The notes under the pieces were generated by a model. That model had not been told where the DNA came from, ran no database searches, and worked only from the letters and a program-made list of their open reading frames with translations. Positions 1 through 10,382 of a stretch of 57,531 nucleotides of DNA are shown one piece after another (position 1 is the first letter of the stretch; every line of letters begins with the position of its first letter). The stretch comes from an uncultured Candidatus Saccharibacteria bacterium (lineage in GTDB: Bacteria > Patescibacteriota > UBA1384 > XYA2-FULL-43-10 > 1-14-0-10-43-13): assembly GCA_964419835.1 (NCBI GenBank), contig CAYQPT010000001.1, positions 10,367-67,897 of the forward strand, read 5' to 3'. A program made the position numbers and the translations under genes.

Positions 1-1343
1 AAGTATCCTTGTATATCACTTTGTCTGCCGAATCTCTTCAAGAGCTCAACAAAACGATAAAGCTCTTAGACACTGTTTTAGCAACAAGGCTCTTCTATAC
101 CAAGCCGGCCATTTTTCAGCAGATTGAAGGACTGCAATCAGTACTTCCTAGATGCGACAATCAGCTGGCCCAAAAGAGAAACCTGGATAGCTCAAGCGCT
201 GCCCTAACTTTCCCTTTCATTTCATCCGAATTAGTTCATGAATCCGGCGTTCTTTACGGTATCAACCGATCAAACAGCTCATTGGTTATTCTCGATAGAT
301 TTTCTCTCCCTAATGCTAACAGTATACTCTTTGCTCAATTGGGCTCTGGCAAAAGCTATACGGCCAAGGTCGAAGTTCTAAGGCACTTAATGCAAGGCAC
401 GAAAGTTATTGTTATCGACCCGGAACGAGAGTACAAAAGATTAGCTGAGTCAGTCGGTGGAACCAACATCAAGCTTTCTGTCCATTCGAGAGAAAAGATT
501 AACCCTTTTGATTTAGAAGTTAATGCTTTTTCCGAGGAGGAGGGTTTTGCCGACCATGTCCAATCCTTGACTGAAATCATCTCGCTTATGGCTGAAGGAC
601 TTTCCGCTGAAGAGAAATCAGTCGTTGATAAAGCGATCATTAAAACATACCAAAAGGCTGGTTGGACTCAGAAAAATTCAGTCAAAAAGAAAAGCACCAG
701 AACCTACCCCAAGCTTTTTGATCTTTATGCAACACTTCGGACAATGAAACAAGTTAAGCTCTGCAGAAGACTTGAAAAGTATACGACCGGCTCCTTATCT
801 AAAGTATTTGATACCCAAACGAACATTGAATTGGATAATAGGCTAGTAGTTTTTGATACCAAAGATTTGCCCGAGTCTCTAAGACAGATAATGCACTTAG
901 TTATTGCTCAATTCGTTCAGAATCAAGTTAAATCCGACCCCTGCAAAAGAATTCTTGTAATTGATGAGGCATGGCTTCTCTTGGAGCATGAAGAAAGCGC
1001 CAGGTTTGTGGCAAGTTTGGTAAGAAGGGCTAGAAAATATTACCTTGGGGTTTCAATCATATCTCAGCAGGCTACTGATTTTCTGGGTAATGTGTATGGA
1101 CGGGCAATTGCTTCGCAAAGTTCGCTCCGAATCTTAATGCGGCAAGATACCACCACTATTAAAGGAGTCTCGTCCGAATTTCACTTAAGTGAATATGAAC
1201 AGAGATTCTTGCTTACTTGTGAGCGAGGCGAAGCTTTAATTATTGCCGATCAGCATCATGTGGCTGTGAAAGTTACCGCTTCAGAAAAAGAACATCCGCT
1301 CATTACCACAGACCCAACAGAAGTTATCAAAAAAAGTAAATGA
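1..1343 (+). CDS. VirB4/TraC/TrbE-like type IV secretion or conjugation ATPase, C-terminal part (5' end outside window)
   Basis: Frame is open from the window edge. Walker A LGSGKSYTAK, Walker B RILVIDEAW. ATGA start/stop overlap with the next gene. Confidence 0.75.
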   Translation, partial: VSLYITLSAESLQELNKTIKLLDTVLATRLFYTKPAIFQQIEGLQSVLPRCDNQLAQKRNLDSSSAALTFPFISSELVHESGVLYGINRSNSSLVILDRFSLPNANSILFAQLGSGKSYTAKVEVLRHLMQGTKVIVIDPEREYKRLAESVGGTNIKLSVHSREKINPFDLEVNAFSEEEGFADHVQSLTEIISLMAEGLSAEEKSVVDKAIIKTYQKAGWTQKNSVKKKSTRTYPKLFDLYATLRTMKQVKLCRRLEKYTTGSLSKVFDTQTNIELDNRLVVFDTKDLPESLRQIMHLVIAQFVQNQVKSDPCKRILVIDEAWLLLEHEESARFVASLVRRARKYYLGVSIISQQATDFLGNVYGRAIASQSSLRILMRQDTTTIKGVSSEFHLSEYEQRFLLTCERGEALIIADQHHVAVKVTASEKEHPLITTDPTEVIKKSK

Positions 1344-1957
1344 ATCCGCAAACGCTCAAATTAATAGTGACTGCTTTTTCAATGAAGAAAGAAATAAAAC
1401 TTTTCCTTTGGACTATCACTATTGTTTGTCTTCTTCCTGTCTTTACAGTAATTATCCTAACCCAAGCGGGTTTTAACTTTGTTTCCGATGTCTTGGCAAA
1501 TATTAATCCGATAACCTCTTTAGTTGAAATTCACGATCCAGCAGATGGAAGTGTGATTGATGTTATCGAAGAACCAAGAATATGGCCTATTGCCGGCAAT
1601 GTCTCATTAGAATTCGGGCAACTCTCGCCCTATCAGTTATTTCATACCGGAATCGATATTGCAGGAGAAACCGGCGATTCTGTTGGTGTTTTTATGAAAG
1701 GCAAAGTTATTTATGCCGGAGAAACAAGTACTGGTTTTGGCAAGCATGTAAAAATAGATCACGGGCATCATATGGTAACTATTTATGCTCATTTGGATTC
1801 TATTGCCGTCGCGGAAGGCCAAGAAGTAGAAATGGGCACTGTGGTTGGCTCTAGAGGAAATACTGGCTGGTCAACAGGCCCGCACCTTCACTTTCAGATA
1901 AATGTTTTTGGGATTCCGGTTAATCCGAGGGTGTTTTTGACTGGAAATCCAAGTTAG
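1340..1957 (+). CDS. M23 (LytM-type) metallopeptidase with N-terminal TM helix
   Basis: HTGIDIAGETGD and GNTGWSTGPHLHFQI zinc-binding motifs. Hydrophobic N-terminus. Coupled to the upstream ATPase. Confidence 0.85.
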   Translation: MNPQTLKLIVTAFSMKKEIKLFLWTITIVCLLPVFTVIILTQAGFNFVSDVLANINPITSLVEIHDPADGSVIDVIEEPRIWPIAGNVSLEFGQLSPYQLFHTGIDIAGETGDSVGVFMKGKVIYAGETSTGFGKHVKIDHGHHMVTIYAHLDSIAVAEGQEVEMGTVVGSRGNTGWSTGPHLHFQINVFGIPVNPRVFLTGNPS

Positions 1958-2147
1958 TCATAAAAAGTAATACGCAATAATAGGTCTTGCTTGCCGTTCT
2001 TAATCTTTTCTTAATGTTGATTTGGTACACTTAGTAATAAAACTATTCTTCGCATTAATTAAGGATTTAAAATCTGGTCTTTTTCTTTATTAACCATGCG
2101 CAAAGTGCTATGCTAGAGAAGGAAATTATTAATGATTAAGGGAAAAA

Positions 2148-3908
2148 ATGGCAACACTCTTCAAGACAACCGATTATGAAATCAAAACCTTAATTGATGA
2201 TGTTGACCATGGAGACTTAGCCCTCCCTGATATACAGCGCCCTTTCGTCTGGACTGATACTAAGATTAGAGATTTGTTTGATTCTCTTCTAAAGGGGTAC
2301 CCTATTGGCTACCTTCTTTTTTGGGAAAATTATCACAATGAAAGTAGTCGAGTGATCGGTACTTTGAATGGAAATGACTACCAATCAGTTCGGTTAATCA
2401 TTGACGGACAACAGCGCTTAACTGCTTTATATGCCGTTATTAAAGGGAAGATAATTATCGATAAGGATTTTCAGAAACGCAGAGTAAAAATTGGGTTTAA
2501 TCCTTTAAAAGCAAAATTTGTTGTTGCTGACGCATCGACTGAAAGAAATAATGAATTTATACCTGATATCTCTCAAATTTGGGAAAACAATGCTCTTCAG
2601 ATTTACAAAAACTATATTGATCGTTTAAAAACCAAAAAAGAAATTTCCGATGAAGAGGAGAACCTAATTTTCAATAATATTAATGCTTTATTTAATATTG
2701 AAAAATATAAAATTGTTGCTCTAGAAATGCCAGCAGATCTTGATGAGGAAGTTATGGCTGATATCTTTGTTCGAATCAATAATCAAGGAACTAAACTTTC
2801 TCAGTCTGACTTTGTAATGACGCTTCTGTCTGTTTATTGGCAAGAAGGTAGATCGATGCTTGAACAATTCAGCCACGAGACAATAGATCCGAATGTCGCT
2901 AAAAATGATTACTCTGCTTTTAACCATATTATGAAACCAGCGCCGGAAGACCTTCTTCGTGTTGCTGTGGGTTATAGTTTTAAACGTGGAAAGATGAAAG
3001 ATGTCTACTTGTTACTACGCGGAAAAGATTTCGAAACAAAAGAATTTAGTACTCAGTTGAGGGATGAGCGTTTTAATATGCTCAAAGAAAGCGTGAACAA
3101 AACTTTAGATAATACAAATTGGCACTCTTTTGTTAAATCTATTGGTTCGTCTGGATATGTTACTGAAAATTTAATTTCTTCAAAAAATGCCGCATTATTC
3201 AGCTATATTTTTTATCTGATCGGCAAATACGAATACAGCCTGGATTCGGCAAAGCTCCAAAGGCTCATTGCTAAGTGGTTCGTCTTTACTTCAATTTCAC
3301 TCCGCTATTCCTCGTCAGCAGAGACTGCTTTGGAAGCCGACTTAGCTAGACTTAGAACTATTAAAACAGCCGAACAATTTCATGAGCTACTTGAGAAAAT
3401 CATGGGGGAAATCACAACTAATGATTTTTGGAACATTACTTTCCCGAGCCAATTTGAAACTTCTTCGGCTTCGAGTCCTCACCTTAATGCTTACTATGCA
3501 AGTCTAATTAAGCTTAATGCACCTGTGCTATTCTCAAATAAACGGGTGTCAGACCTTATCGCTTCAGGAGTTAATCCACGTAAGAAATTTCTTGAAGGCC
3601 ATCATATCTTTCCTAAAGAGTTCTTGATAAGGGAGTATGGTTTTGATGCTAACAAGGACAAAGTGATTATTAATCAAATCGCTAATTTTACTTATCTAGA
3701 ATTTGAGGATAACATCAAAATAAGTGATGATGATCCCAAAATTTATTATGAGTACATGAAAGATCGCTTTGACCAGGATGAATTTAGGTCCATGCTCTCG
3801 ATACATGCAATTCCCGATAATTTTTACGCTTTAAAGTATGATGATTTCTTGAAACAGCGTAGATATTTGATGGCTCAAGTAATTAAAAAAGCATTTAATC
3901 AACTATAA
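2148..3908 (+). CDS. DUF262 (ParB-like) plus C-terminal His-Me-finger/DUF1524-like protein, GmrSD-like type IV restriction candidate
   Basis: N-terminal DIQRPFVW and IIDGQQRLTAL motifs. C-terminal EGHHIFPKEF. First gene of a long co-directional array. Confidence 0.7.
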   Translation: MATLFKTTDYEIKTLIDDVDHGDLALPDIQRPFVWTDTKIRDLFDSLLKGYPIGYLLFWENYHNESSRVIGTLNGNDYQSVRLIIDGQQRLTALYAVIKGKIIIDKDFQKRRVKIGFNPLKAKFVVADASTERNNEFIPDISQIWENNALQIYKNYIDRLKTKKEISDEEENLIFNNINALFNIEKYKIVALEMPADLDEEVMADIFVRINNQGTKLSQSDFVMTLLSVYWQEGRSMLEQFSHETIDPNVAKNDYSAFNHIMKPAPEDLLRVAVGYSFKRGKMKDVYLLLRGKDFETKEFSTQLRDERFNMLKESVNKTLDNTNWHSFVKSIGSSGYVTENLISSKNAALFSYIFYLIGKYEYSLDSAKLQRLIAKWFVFTSISLRYSSSAETALEADLARLRTIKTAEQFHELLEKIMGEITTNDFWNITFPSQFETSSASSPHLNAYYASLIKLNAPVLFSNKRVSDLIASGVNPRKKFLEGHHIFPKEFLIREYGFDANKDKVIINQIANFTYLEFEDNIKISDDDPKIYYEYMKDRFDQDEFRSMLSIHAIPDNFYALKYDDFLKQRRYLMAQVIKKAFNQL

Positions 3909-6541
3909 TGAACATCGATCAAATCGAAGCAAAATTAAAGCAGTTGGCTAGTAGTTTCTCAAAAGACGAGTTCATTTTTGATTTATTATTAGCATATGAG
4001 ATTCCCAAGGCAACTGTTACTTTGTTGAAAAAGGGTCAACATAATCTTTCAAAACAATCCGGAAGGATAATTTTAAAGCGAAAGTTGTTTTTTCAAGAAG
4101 TTGAAGACGCCGATCTCCATGAAACTATTGATTCTTTGCAAAAAGATAATTCAACTATGCGCCATACACCAAGATTTTTAATTGTCACCGATTATAGAAC
4201 ACTTCTTGCTGTTGATATGAAAACTAACGAACACCTTGATATTCCTCTTGCAAATATCTCTAAGCATTATGATTTTTTTCTTCCTTGGGCCGGCATAGAA
4301 AAACATCGCAATTCGAGTGAAAATCCAGCAGACAGAAAAGCTGCTGAAAAAATGGCCAAGCTTTATGATGAGATTATGACCGATAACACAATCGCAGACC
4401 CTGCTAGACTGCATGATCTAAACGTTTTTCTTACAAGACTATTATTTTGTTTGTTTGCAGAAGATACCAAGATTTTTCCTGATAAACTATTTACCGATTC
4501 TGTTGCTTCCCATACCCAAGAGAACGGCAGCGATTTATCCAAATATCTCGAAAGACTTTTTGACGCCTTAAACACTGAGGACCGATCGGAATACCCATTT
4601 TATTTACAACGATTTCCATATGTGAACGGTGGCTTGTTTTCAAAGAAACACTGGATTCCAGAATTTACTGCTAGATCAAGAAAAATTATTGTTGAGTGTG
4701 GCCAACTTGATTGGTCAAAAATAAATCCTGATATATTTGGCTCTATGATGCAGGCAGTGACTCATCCCGGTATAAGAGGCAGCCTAGGAATGCATTATAC
4801 ATCTGTGCCTAATATAATGAAGGTTATAAATCCTTTATTTCTGGATGAACTCAAAGAAGAATTAGAAAACTCAAGGGGTAATAAAAGGAAGCTCCTTGAA
4901 CTTTTGAATAGAATTTCGAAAATTAAATTTTTTGATCCTGCCTGTGGTTCAGGGAACTTCTTAATTATTACTTATAAAGAATTAAGGAGATTAGAAGTCG
5001 AAATCATCAAAGAGCTAGGAATATTTGCTTTTCCTGGTGTAAGTATGTCTCAGTTTTATGGTATTGAGATCGATGATTTTGCCCATGAGATTGCTCGGCT
5101 TTCCCTGTATTTAGCTGAGCATCAAATGAACATAGAATTTGAGCAGGAATTTGGGAAACCAAACCCAACCTTACCTCTAAAGATAGGGGGAAATATTGTT
5201 TGTGCTAATGCTACAAGGATTAACTGGAAAGATGTTTGCACTCCATGTAGCGGGGATGAGATATATGTACTAGGTAATCCTCCCTATCTAGGTTCACGTA
5301 ATCAAGATATGGAGCAGAAAAACGACATGAAAGAAGTATTCAAAGTTGGCTACAAAAGTCTTGATTATATTTCTTGTTGGTTCTTTCTTGGTGCAAAGTT
5401 CATATCCAATATAAATGCCAAGATGGCGTTTGTTTCAACTAACTCTATAACCCAGGGAGAGCAGGTTTCATTACTCTGGCCCAAAATACTAAATGATTAT
5501 AATGTCGAAATTTCATTTGCATATCAGTCATTTAAATGGACAAATAGTGCAAAGCGAAATGCAGGCGTAACTGTTGTAATAATTGGAATGCGTACTATCT
5601 CGAAAGAAGTTAAAAAAATATTTAACGATAATATGTATACAATAGTAGATAATATTAATCCCTATTTAACTGCTGGAGATGGAGTTATTGTATTTTCACG
5701 TTCAAAACCATTTATAGATATGCCAAAAATGAATTTTGGGAATATGCCTGCTGACGATGGCCTTTTGCTTTTTGACCAAAAGGAAAAAGATACATTTATA
5801 AAACAAGAGTCTGGCTCTCAAGAGTTATTCCGGAGACTTATTTCTGCTGATCAATTTTTGAATGGAAAAGATAGGTGGTGTTTGTGGCTTAAAAACTATG
5901 AGATCAATAAGTTGCTTTATATGCCACTGGTGGCAGAAAGAATTAACAAATTACGAAAAATTAGGCAAGACTCAGCACGCCCACAACTAGCGAGAATCCC
6001 TCACTTGTTTGCACAGATAACTCAGCCAGATAATATGAGTTTTATTTTGATTCCACGTCATTCTTCAGAGAATAGAGACTATATACCGATCGGTTTTTTT
6101 GATTCTTCAAATATCTCACATGATAGTTGCTTAATCATAGCTGGAGCGGAAGTTTATTTGTTTGGTTTGTTAACATCCAGGATGCATATGGTTTGGGTTC
6201 GTGCCATTGGTGGGAGATTAAAAACAGATTATCGCTATTCCGCAGCTCTTTGTTACAACACATTCCCATTTATAAGACTTACTTCCAAACAAAAGGAAGA
6301 AATAAATGGATATGTATATAGTATATTAGAAGAACGAGAAAGACACAGTGAAAAAACGCTCGCCGAAATGTATGACCCCAAAAAAATGCCTGCTAGTTTA
6401 AAGGAAGCCCATCATCGCTTAGATTTAGCAATCGAAAGGTGCTATCGTTTGAGACCTTTTTCAAGTGATGAAGAACGACTAGAATTTCTCTTTAAACTAT
6501 ATAAACAAATGATTGAAGAAGAAAATATAAATAATAGGTAA
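3908..6541 (+). CDS. MmeI-family type IIL/IIG restriction-modification enzyme (gamma-class N6-adenine methyltransferase with N-terminal PD-(D/E)XK)
   Basis: Motif I FFDPACGSGNFL, motif IV GNPPYLG. N-terminal IVTD-x8-DMK nuclease-like motif. C-terminal FSSDEERLEFLFKLY tail typical of MmeI/PglX-like proteins. 877 aa. Confidence 0.75.
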   Translation: MNIDQIEAKLKQLASSFSKDEFIFDLLLAYEIPKATVTLLKKGQHNLSKQSGRIILKRKLFFQEVEDADLHETIDSLQKDNSTMRHTPRFLIVTDYRTLLAVDMKTNEHLDIPLANISKHYDFFLPWAGIEKHRNSSENPADRKAAEKMAKLYDEIMTDNTIADPARLHDLNVFLTRLLFCLFAEDTKIFPDKLFTDSVASHTQENGSDLSKYLERLFDALNTEDRSEYPFYLQRFPYVNGGLFSKKHWIPEFTARSRKIIVECGQLDWSKINPDIFGSMMQAVTHPGIRGSLGMHYTSVPNIMKVINPLFLDELKEELENSRGNKRKLLELLNRISKIKFFDPACGSGNFLIITYKELRRLEVEIIKELGIFAFPGVSMSQFYGIEIDDFAHEIARLSLYLAEHQMNIEFEQEFGKPNPTLPLKIGGNIVCANATRINWKDVCTPCSGDEIYVLGNPPYLGSRNQDMEQKNDMKEVFKVGYKSLDYISCWFFLGAKFISNINAKMAFVSTNSITQGEQVSLLWPKILNDYNVEISFAYQSFKWTNSAKRNAGVTVVIIGMRTISKEVKKIFNDNMYTIVDNINPYLTAGDGVIVFSRSKPFIDMPKMNFGNMPADDGLLLFDQKEKDTFIKQESGSQELFRRLISADQFLNGKDRWCLWLKNYEINKLLYMPLVAERINKLRKIRQDSARPQLARIPHLFAQITQPDNMSFILIPRHSSENRDYIPIGFFDSSNISHDSCLIIAGAEVYLFGLLTSRMHMVWVRAIGGRLKTDYRYSAALCYNTFPFIRLTSKQKEEINGYVYSILEERERHSEKTLAEMYDPKKMPASLKEAHHRLDLAIERCYRLRPFSSDEERLEFLFKLYKQMIEEENINNR

Positions 6542-6546
6542 TTATT

Positions 6547-8475
6547 ATGCCAAATATCGTAAATGTAACCTACGCTCAAACTAAAAATAGTACAAAGACC
6601 AATGAATTTGGTATGCGAGATATGCAGGAAAAAGCATATGCTGCTCGAGATTCTCAGTATTTACTGCTTAAGGCACCGCCTGCTTCTGGCAAATCCCGCG
6701 CACTGATGTTTATAGCTCTGGATAAATTAAAGAATCAAGGAATCAGCAAAGTAATAGTAGCTGTACCTGAAAAATCCATAGGTGGATCTTTCGGACAAAC
6801 AGATTTAAAATCCCATGGGTTTTTTGCCGATTGGCAGCCTAGCCCTCGCTATAATCTGTGTACTGCGGGCGGTGAAAGAAGTAAGGTTCAAGCCTTCCTA
6901 AAATTCATGGACGATACAAACGAAAAGATCTTGATTTGTACTCATTCTACTCTCAGATTTGCGTTTGAACAGATTGATGAATCTAAATTTAATGATACCT
7001 TATTAGCAATCGATGAATTTCATCATGTTTCAGCAGATAAAGAAAACAACCGATTGGGTCATTTGCTCCATTCTGTAATGAGGAAATCAAATGCTCACGT
7101 TGTTGCAATGACCGGATCATATTTTCGTGGCGATACAATCCCAGTTCTTTTGCCAGAAGATGAATACATGTTTACAAAGGTAAGCTACAACTACTATGAG
7201 CAACTAAATGGATATACTTATTTGAAATCATTGGGGATTGGTTATCATTTCTATCAAGGTCGCTATACCTCTGCAATTTCCGAAGTCTTAGATACTGATA
7301 AGAAAACTATCCTTCATATCCCAAATGTTAACGCAGGTGAGTCAACCAAGGATAAATATAATGAAGTTGACACAATTCTGGACCAAATAGGGACAGTCGA
7401 ATATCAAGACCAAAAAACTGGTGTTATCTATTTAAAAAGACATGAGGATGGTAAAGAGATAAAAGTCGCAAACTTGGTTGATGATAATTCGAAAAATCGA
7501 GAGATTATCGTTGAATATTTAAGAAACATGACCAATGTTGATGACATGGATTTAATTATTGCACTTGGAATGGCAAAGGAAGGTTTTGATTGGCCATTCT
7601 GTGAGCATGCTCTAACAGTCGGATATAGAGGATCGTTGACAGAAGTAATTCAAATCATTGGTAGATGCACCAGAGATAGCGCTAATAAAGCTCATGCACA
7701 ATTCACCAATCTGATTGCTCAGCCGGATGCGGCAGATGATGAAGTCAAATTAGCTGTCAACAACATGTTGAAAGCTATCACATGCTCTTTATTAATGGAG
7801 CAGGTATTGGCCCCTAGTTTTAATTTTAAAACCAAAGTGCCGAGTGATGATACGACTGAACCTGGTGAAATTAGAATAAGAGGATTTAAAGAGCCTTCTT
7901 CAAAAAGGGTTAAAGATATCATTGAAACCGATTTAAATGACTTAAAAGCATCTATATTGCAGGATGACACGCTTGTAAAAGCTCTGCCCGGAAATGTCGA
8001 TCCAGAGATTATTAATAAAGTTATGATCCCTAAAATTATTCAAAAAAGGTATCCTGATTTGAACCCTCAGGAGCTAGAAGAAATCCGCCAATATGTGGTC
8101 GTTGATTCGGCAATCAAAAATAGCGAGATTAAAGAAGTCGGCGATAAAAGATTTATTCGCATGGCGGGAACATTTGTGAATATTGATGATCTAGATATAG
8201 ATTTAATTGACAGGATAAATCCTTTTCAAGAAGCCTTTGAAATCTTATCAAAATCAGTAACTCCCAAAACACTCAAGACCATTCAGGATACTATTGAATT
8301 AACTAGAATTCAAATGACCGAAGAAGAAGCCATTCTGCTCTGGCCCAAGATAAAAAGCTTTGTTAAAAATAGCGGTGGCAAAGAACCAAATACTGAAAGT
8401 TATGATCCTTTAGAAAAAAGGATGGCTGAAGCATTGGTTTATATTAGAAGCCAACGCAGAGCACATAATTTATAA
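6547..8475 (+). CDS. SF2 DEAD/DEAH (ResIII-type) helicase with long C-terminal extension
   Basis: Walker A APPASGKSRAL, DExH box AIDEFHH, motif III MTGS, motif VI QIIGRCTRD. Confidence 0.75.
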   Translation: MPNIVNVTYAQTKNSTKTNEFGMRDMQEKAYAARDSQYLLLKAPPASGKSRALMFIALDKLKNQGISKVIVAVPEKSIGGSFGQTDLKSHGFFADWQPSPRYNLCTAGGERSKVQAFLKFMDDTNEKILICTHSTLRFAFEQIDESKFNDTLLAIDEFHHVSADKENNRLGHLLHSVMRKSNAHVVAMTGSYFRGDTIPVLLPEDEYMFTKVSYNYYEQLNGYTYLKSLGIGYHFYQGRYTSAISEVLDTDKKTILHIPNVNAGESTKDKYNEVDTILDQIGTVEYQDQKTGVIYLKRHEDGKEIKVANLVDDNSKNREIIVEYLRNMTNVDDMDLIIALGMAKEGFDWPFCEHALTVGYRGSLTEVIQIIGRCTRDSANKAHAQFTNLIAQPDAADDEVKLAVNNMLKAITCSLLMEQVLAPSFNFKTKVPSDDTTEPGEIRIRGFKEPSSKRVKDIIETDLNDLKASILQDDTLVKALPGNVDPEIINKVMIPKIIQKRYPDLNPQELEEIRQYVVVDSAIKNSEIKEVGDKRFIRMAGTFVNIDDLDIDLIDRINPFQEAFEILSKSVTPKTLKTIQDTIELTRIQMTEEEAILLWPKIKSFVKNSGGKEPNTESYDPLEKRMAEALVYIRSQRRAHNL

Positions 8476-8477
8476 AT

Positions 8478-9653
8478 ATGAATAGAGAAGATTTAATAAA
8501 CTTAATAAACGATGATGATTTGGGGCTTCTAGCCATAAAACCCCAAAAAGATTCTTCCATTACCTCCGAAGAGCGTTTGGTGGCTTCTTTTCTAGAGATT
8601 AATAATTTTATTAATGAAAATGGAAGAGAGCCTAAGTCTGGTGGTGATTTACACGAACACCAACTCGCTTCACGATTAAAGTCTATCAGGGAAGATAAAG
8701 GTAAGTCAGGCACCCTATTGGACTATGATGAATACAATTTATTAAATGTGCAGAATAAAGAAATTGTTTCAATTAAGGATGTCTTTGAAGATGACGATTT
8801 TGGATTATTGGACAATATCGATAAAAGCCTTTTTGAGCTAAAAAATGTACCCAAGTTTAAAGAGAGAGAAAGTGCTGATTTTATAGCCCATCGCAAACCT
8901 TGTAAAAATTTCAAGGATTATGAGGAAATGTTCAAGCAGTGCCAGAAAGAACTGTCGACCGGAAAAAGAAAAATTCTCAAATTTAAAAGTGACCAGCAAA
9001 TCAAAGAAAAAAGCTTTTTCGTGCTTAACGGCATACTACTATTTATTGACGAGATTGGGGAAACTCATATAGATAGGTACGGCAAGATTGACGGAAGACA
9101 ACGATGCATTTTCGAGAACGGTACAGAATCAAGTATGCTCTTTCGCTCCTTGGTTAAAAGGCTATATGAGAATGGATATGGGATATCTGAAAGAATGGAT
9201 AATACAGACGAGTTGATACTGAAAAACTTTAATGTGATTACAGACGAAGACAAGCAGACCGGCTATATTTATATCCTGAAATCACTAAGTAGTAATCCAA
9301 GAATAAAATCGCTAGAAAACTTATATAAGATTGGATTTTCCACAACATCCATAGAGGACCGAATAAAAAATGCTACAGAGGAACCTACTTTTCTCTACGC
9401 GCCGGTTAGCATAGTAACAACTTTTGAGTGTTACAATTTAAATCCTCAAAAACTAGAACAGCTATTACATAATTTCTTTGGCACCTCATGCTTAAATATT
9501 GATATATTCGATGCAAATGGCAAAAGATTTGTTCCTAGAGAATGGTTTATCGCCCCACTAGATGTTATTGAACAAGCGATTAAATTAATAATCAATGGTG
9601 GAATTGTTAATTACAGGTATGATCAAGTGAAACAAGAAATAGGATTGAGGTAG
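8478..9653 (+). CDS. T5orf172/MUG113 (GIY-YIG-like) nuclease-domain protein
   Basis: GYIYILKS ... YKIGFSTTSIEDRIKN ... REWF pattern in the C-terminal half. 2-nt gap from the helicase gene. Confidence 0.6.
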   Translation: MNREDLINLINDDDLGLLAIKPQKDSSITSEERLVASFLEINNFINENGREPKSGGDLHEHQLASRLKSIREDKGKSGTLLDYDEYNLLNVQNKEIVSIKDVFEDDDFGLLDNIDKSLFELKNVPKFKERESADFIAHRKPCKNFKDYEEMFKQCQKELSTGKRKILKFKSDQQIKEKSFFVLNGILLFIDEIGETHIDRYGKIDGRQRCIFENGTESSMLFRSLVKRLYENGYGISERMDNTDELILKNFNVITDEDKQTGYIYILKSLSSNPRIKSLENLYKIGFSTTSIEDRIKNATEEPTFLYAPVSIVTTFECYNLNPQKLEQLLHNFFGTSCLNIDIFDANGKRFVPREWFIAPLDVIEQAIKLIINGGIVNYRYDQVKQEIGLR

Positions 9654-9662
9654 GATACTGAA

Positions 9663-9959
9663 ATGAATGAAATTTTAGCAGATGAAGAGCATTATTTCCC
9701 AAAGACTATAAATGAGGCAATAGAGGCAATCATGTGCCATGATTTTTCGGAAAGAGATATTGAGATTATTGAGGAATCCAGCAAAAAACAAATCGACAAG
9801 ATACTTCCCGATTTTGAGGACACAATAAGGATATACTGCGGATTTGACTCAGGCAATCAGAAATTATTGGAAGTATGTGGCGATAAAAATATGGATCCGC
9901 ATGATGCCTCACGGGTAATAATGCTTGCCCTTTGGGACTACTTCCATTTCACTCAATAA
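9663..9959 (+). CDS. hypothetical small protein (98 aa)
   Basis: ORF in a tight co-directional array. C-terminal motif DPHDASRVIMLALW. No family assigned. Confidence 0.4.
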   Translation: MNEILADEEHYFPKTINEAIEAIMCHDFSERDIEIIEESSKKQIDKILPDFEDTIRIYCGFDSGNQKLLEVCGDKNMDPHDASRVIMLALWDYFHFTQ

Positions 9960-9974
9960 TTATGAGAATTTCAC

Positions 9975-10379
9975 ATGAAAACCATTCGAATTTTAATTCT
10001 AGAAGATGACTTGAAGACGCTAGCCGTAATCATGGACAGCTTGTTTGTGCTTGAAGAAGAATTATTTGGTAAGACAGATTTTGCTGTAACCGTTTTTTCA
10101 GAATATTCGCAAGTCGAAGATTATTTGAATCAAATCGAAGGGCCAAATTTCGATATTATTCTTTTAGACAGGGATTGCAAATTATGCGGATCATTTCATG
10201 TCTTAAATTTTGAAAAATTTGGCAGAGATAAAATTATTTCCATATCGTCCACTCCTCAATGGAACGAAGAAGCAGAAGCTGCCGGTATAAAGCGAATTGT
10301 TCCAAAAAATTATTCCATCCTTGAAAATTTTAAGAACCTATTGATTGACGAAATAAAAACATTATTAAGAAATGTCTAA
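9975..10379 (+). CDS. stand-alone response-regulator receiver (REC/CheY-like) domain protein
   Basis: ILILEDD acidic pocket, ILLDRD putative phospho-acceptor Asp, ISISST, VPK Lys. No output domain and no kinase in the window. Confidence 0.6.
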   Translation: MKTIRILILEDDLKTLAVIMDSLFVLEEELFGKTDFAVTVFSEYSQVEDYLNQIEGPNFDIILLDRDCKLCGSFHVLNFEKFGRDKIISISSTPQWNEEAEAAGIKRIVPKNYSILENFKNLLIDEIKTLLRNV

Positions 10380-10382
10380 ATA

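Noticed and set aside
356-640. Numerous 60-125-aa antisense or alternate-frame ORFs nested inside long genes (e.g. 356-640, 4178-4414, 13227-13589, 17043-17393, 28520-28867, 40038-40415)
   Set aside because: They are fully contained in longer ORFs with clear motifs, have low-complexity or biased composition, and have no RBS. They are typical shadow ORFs.
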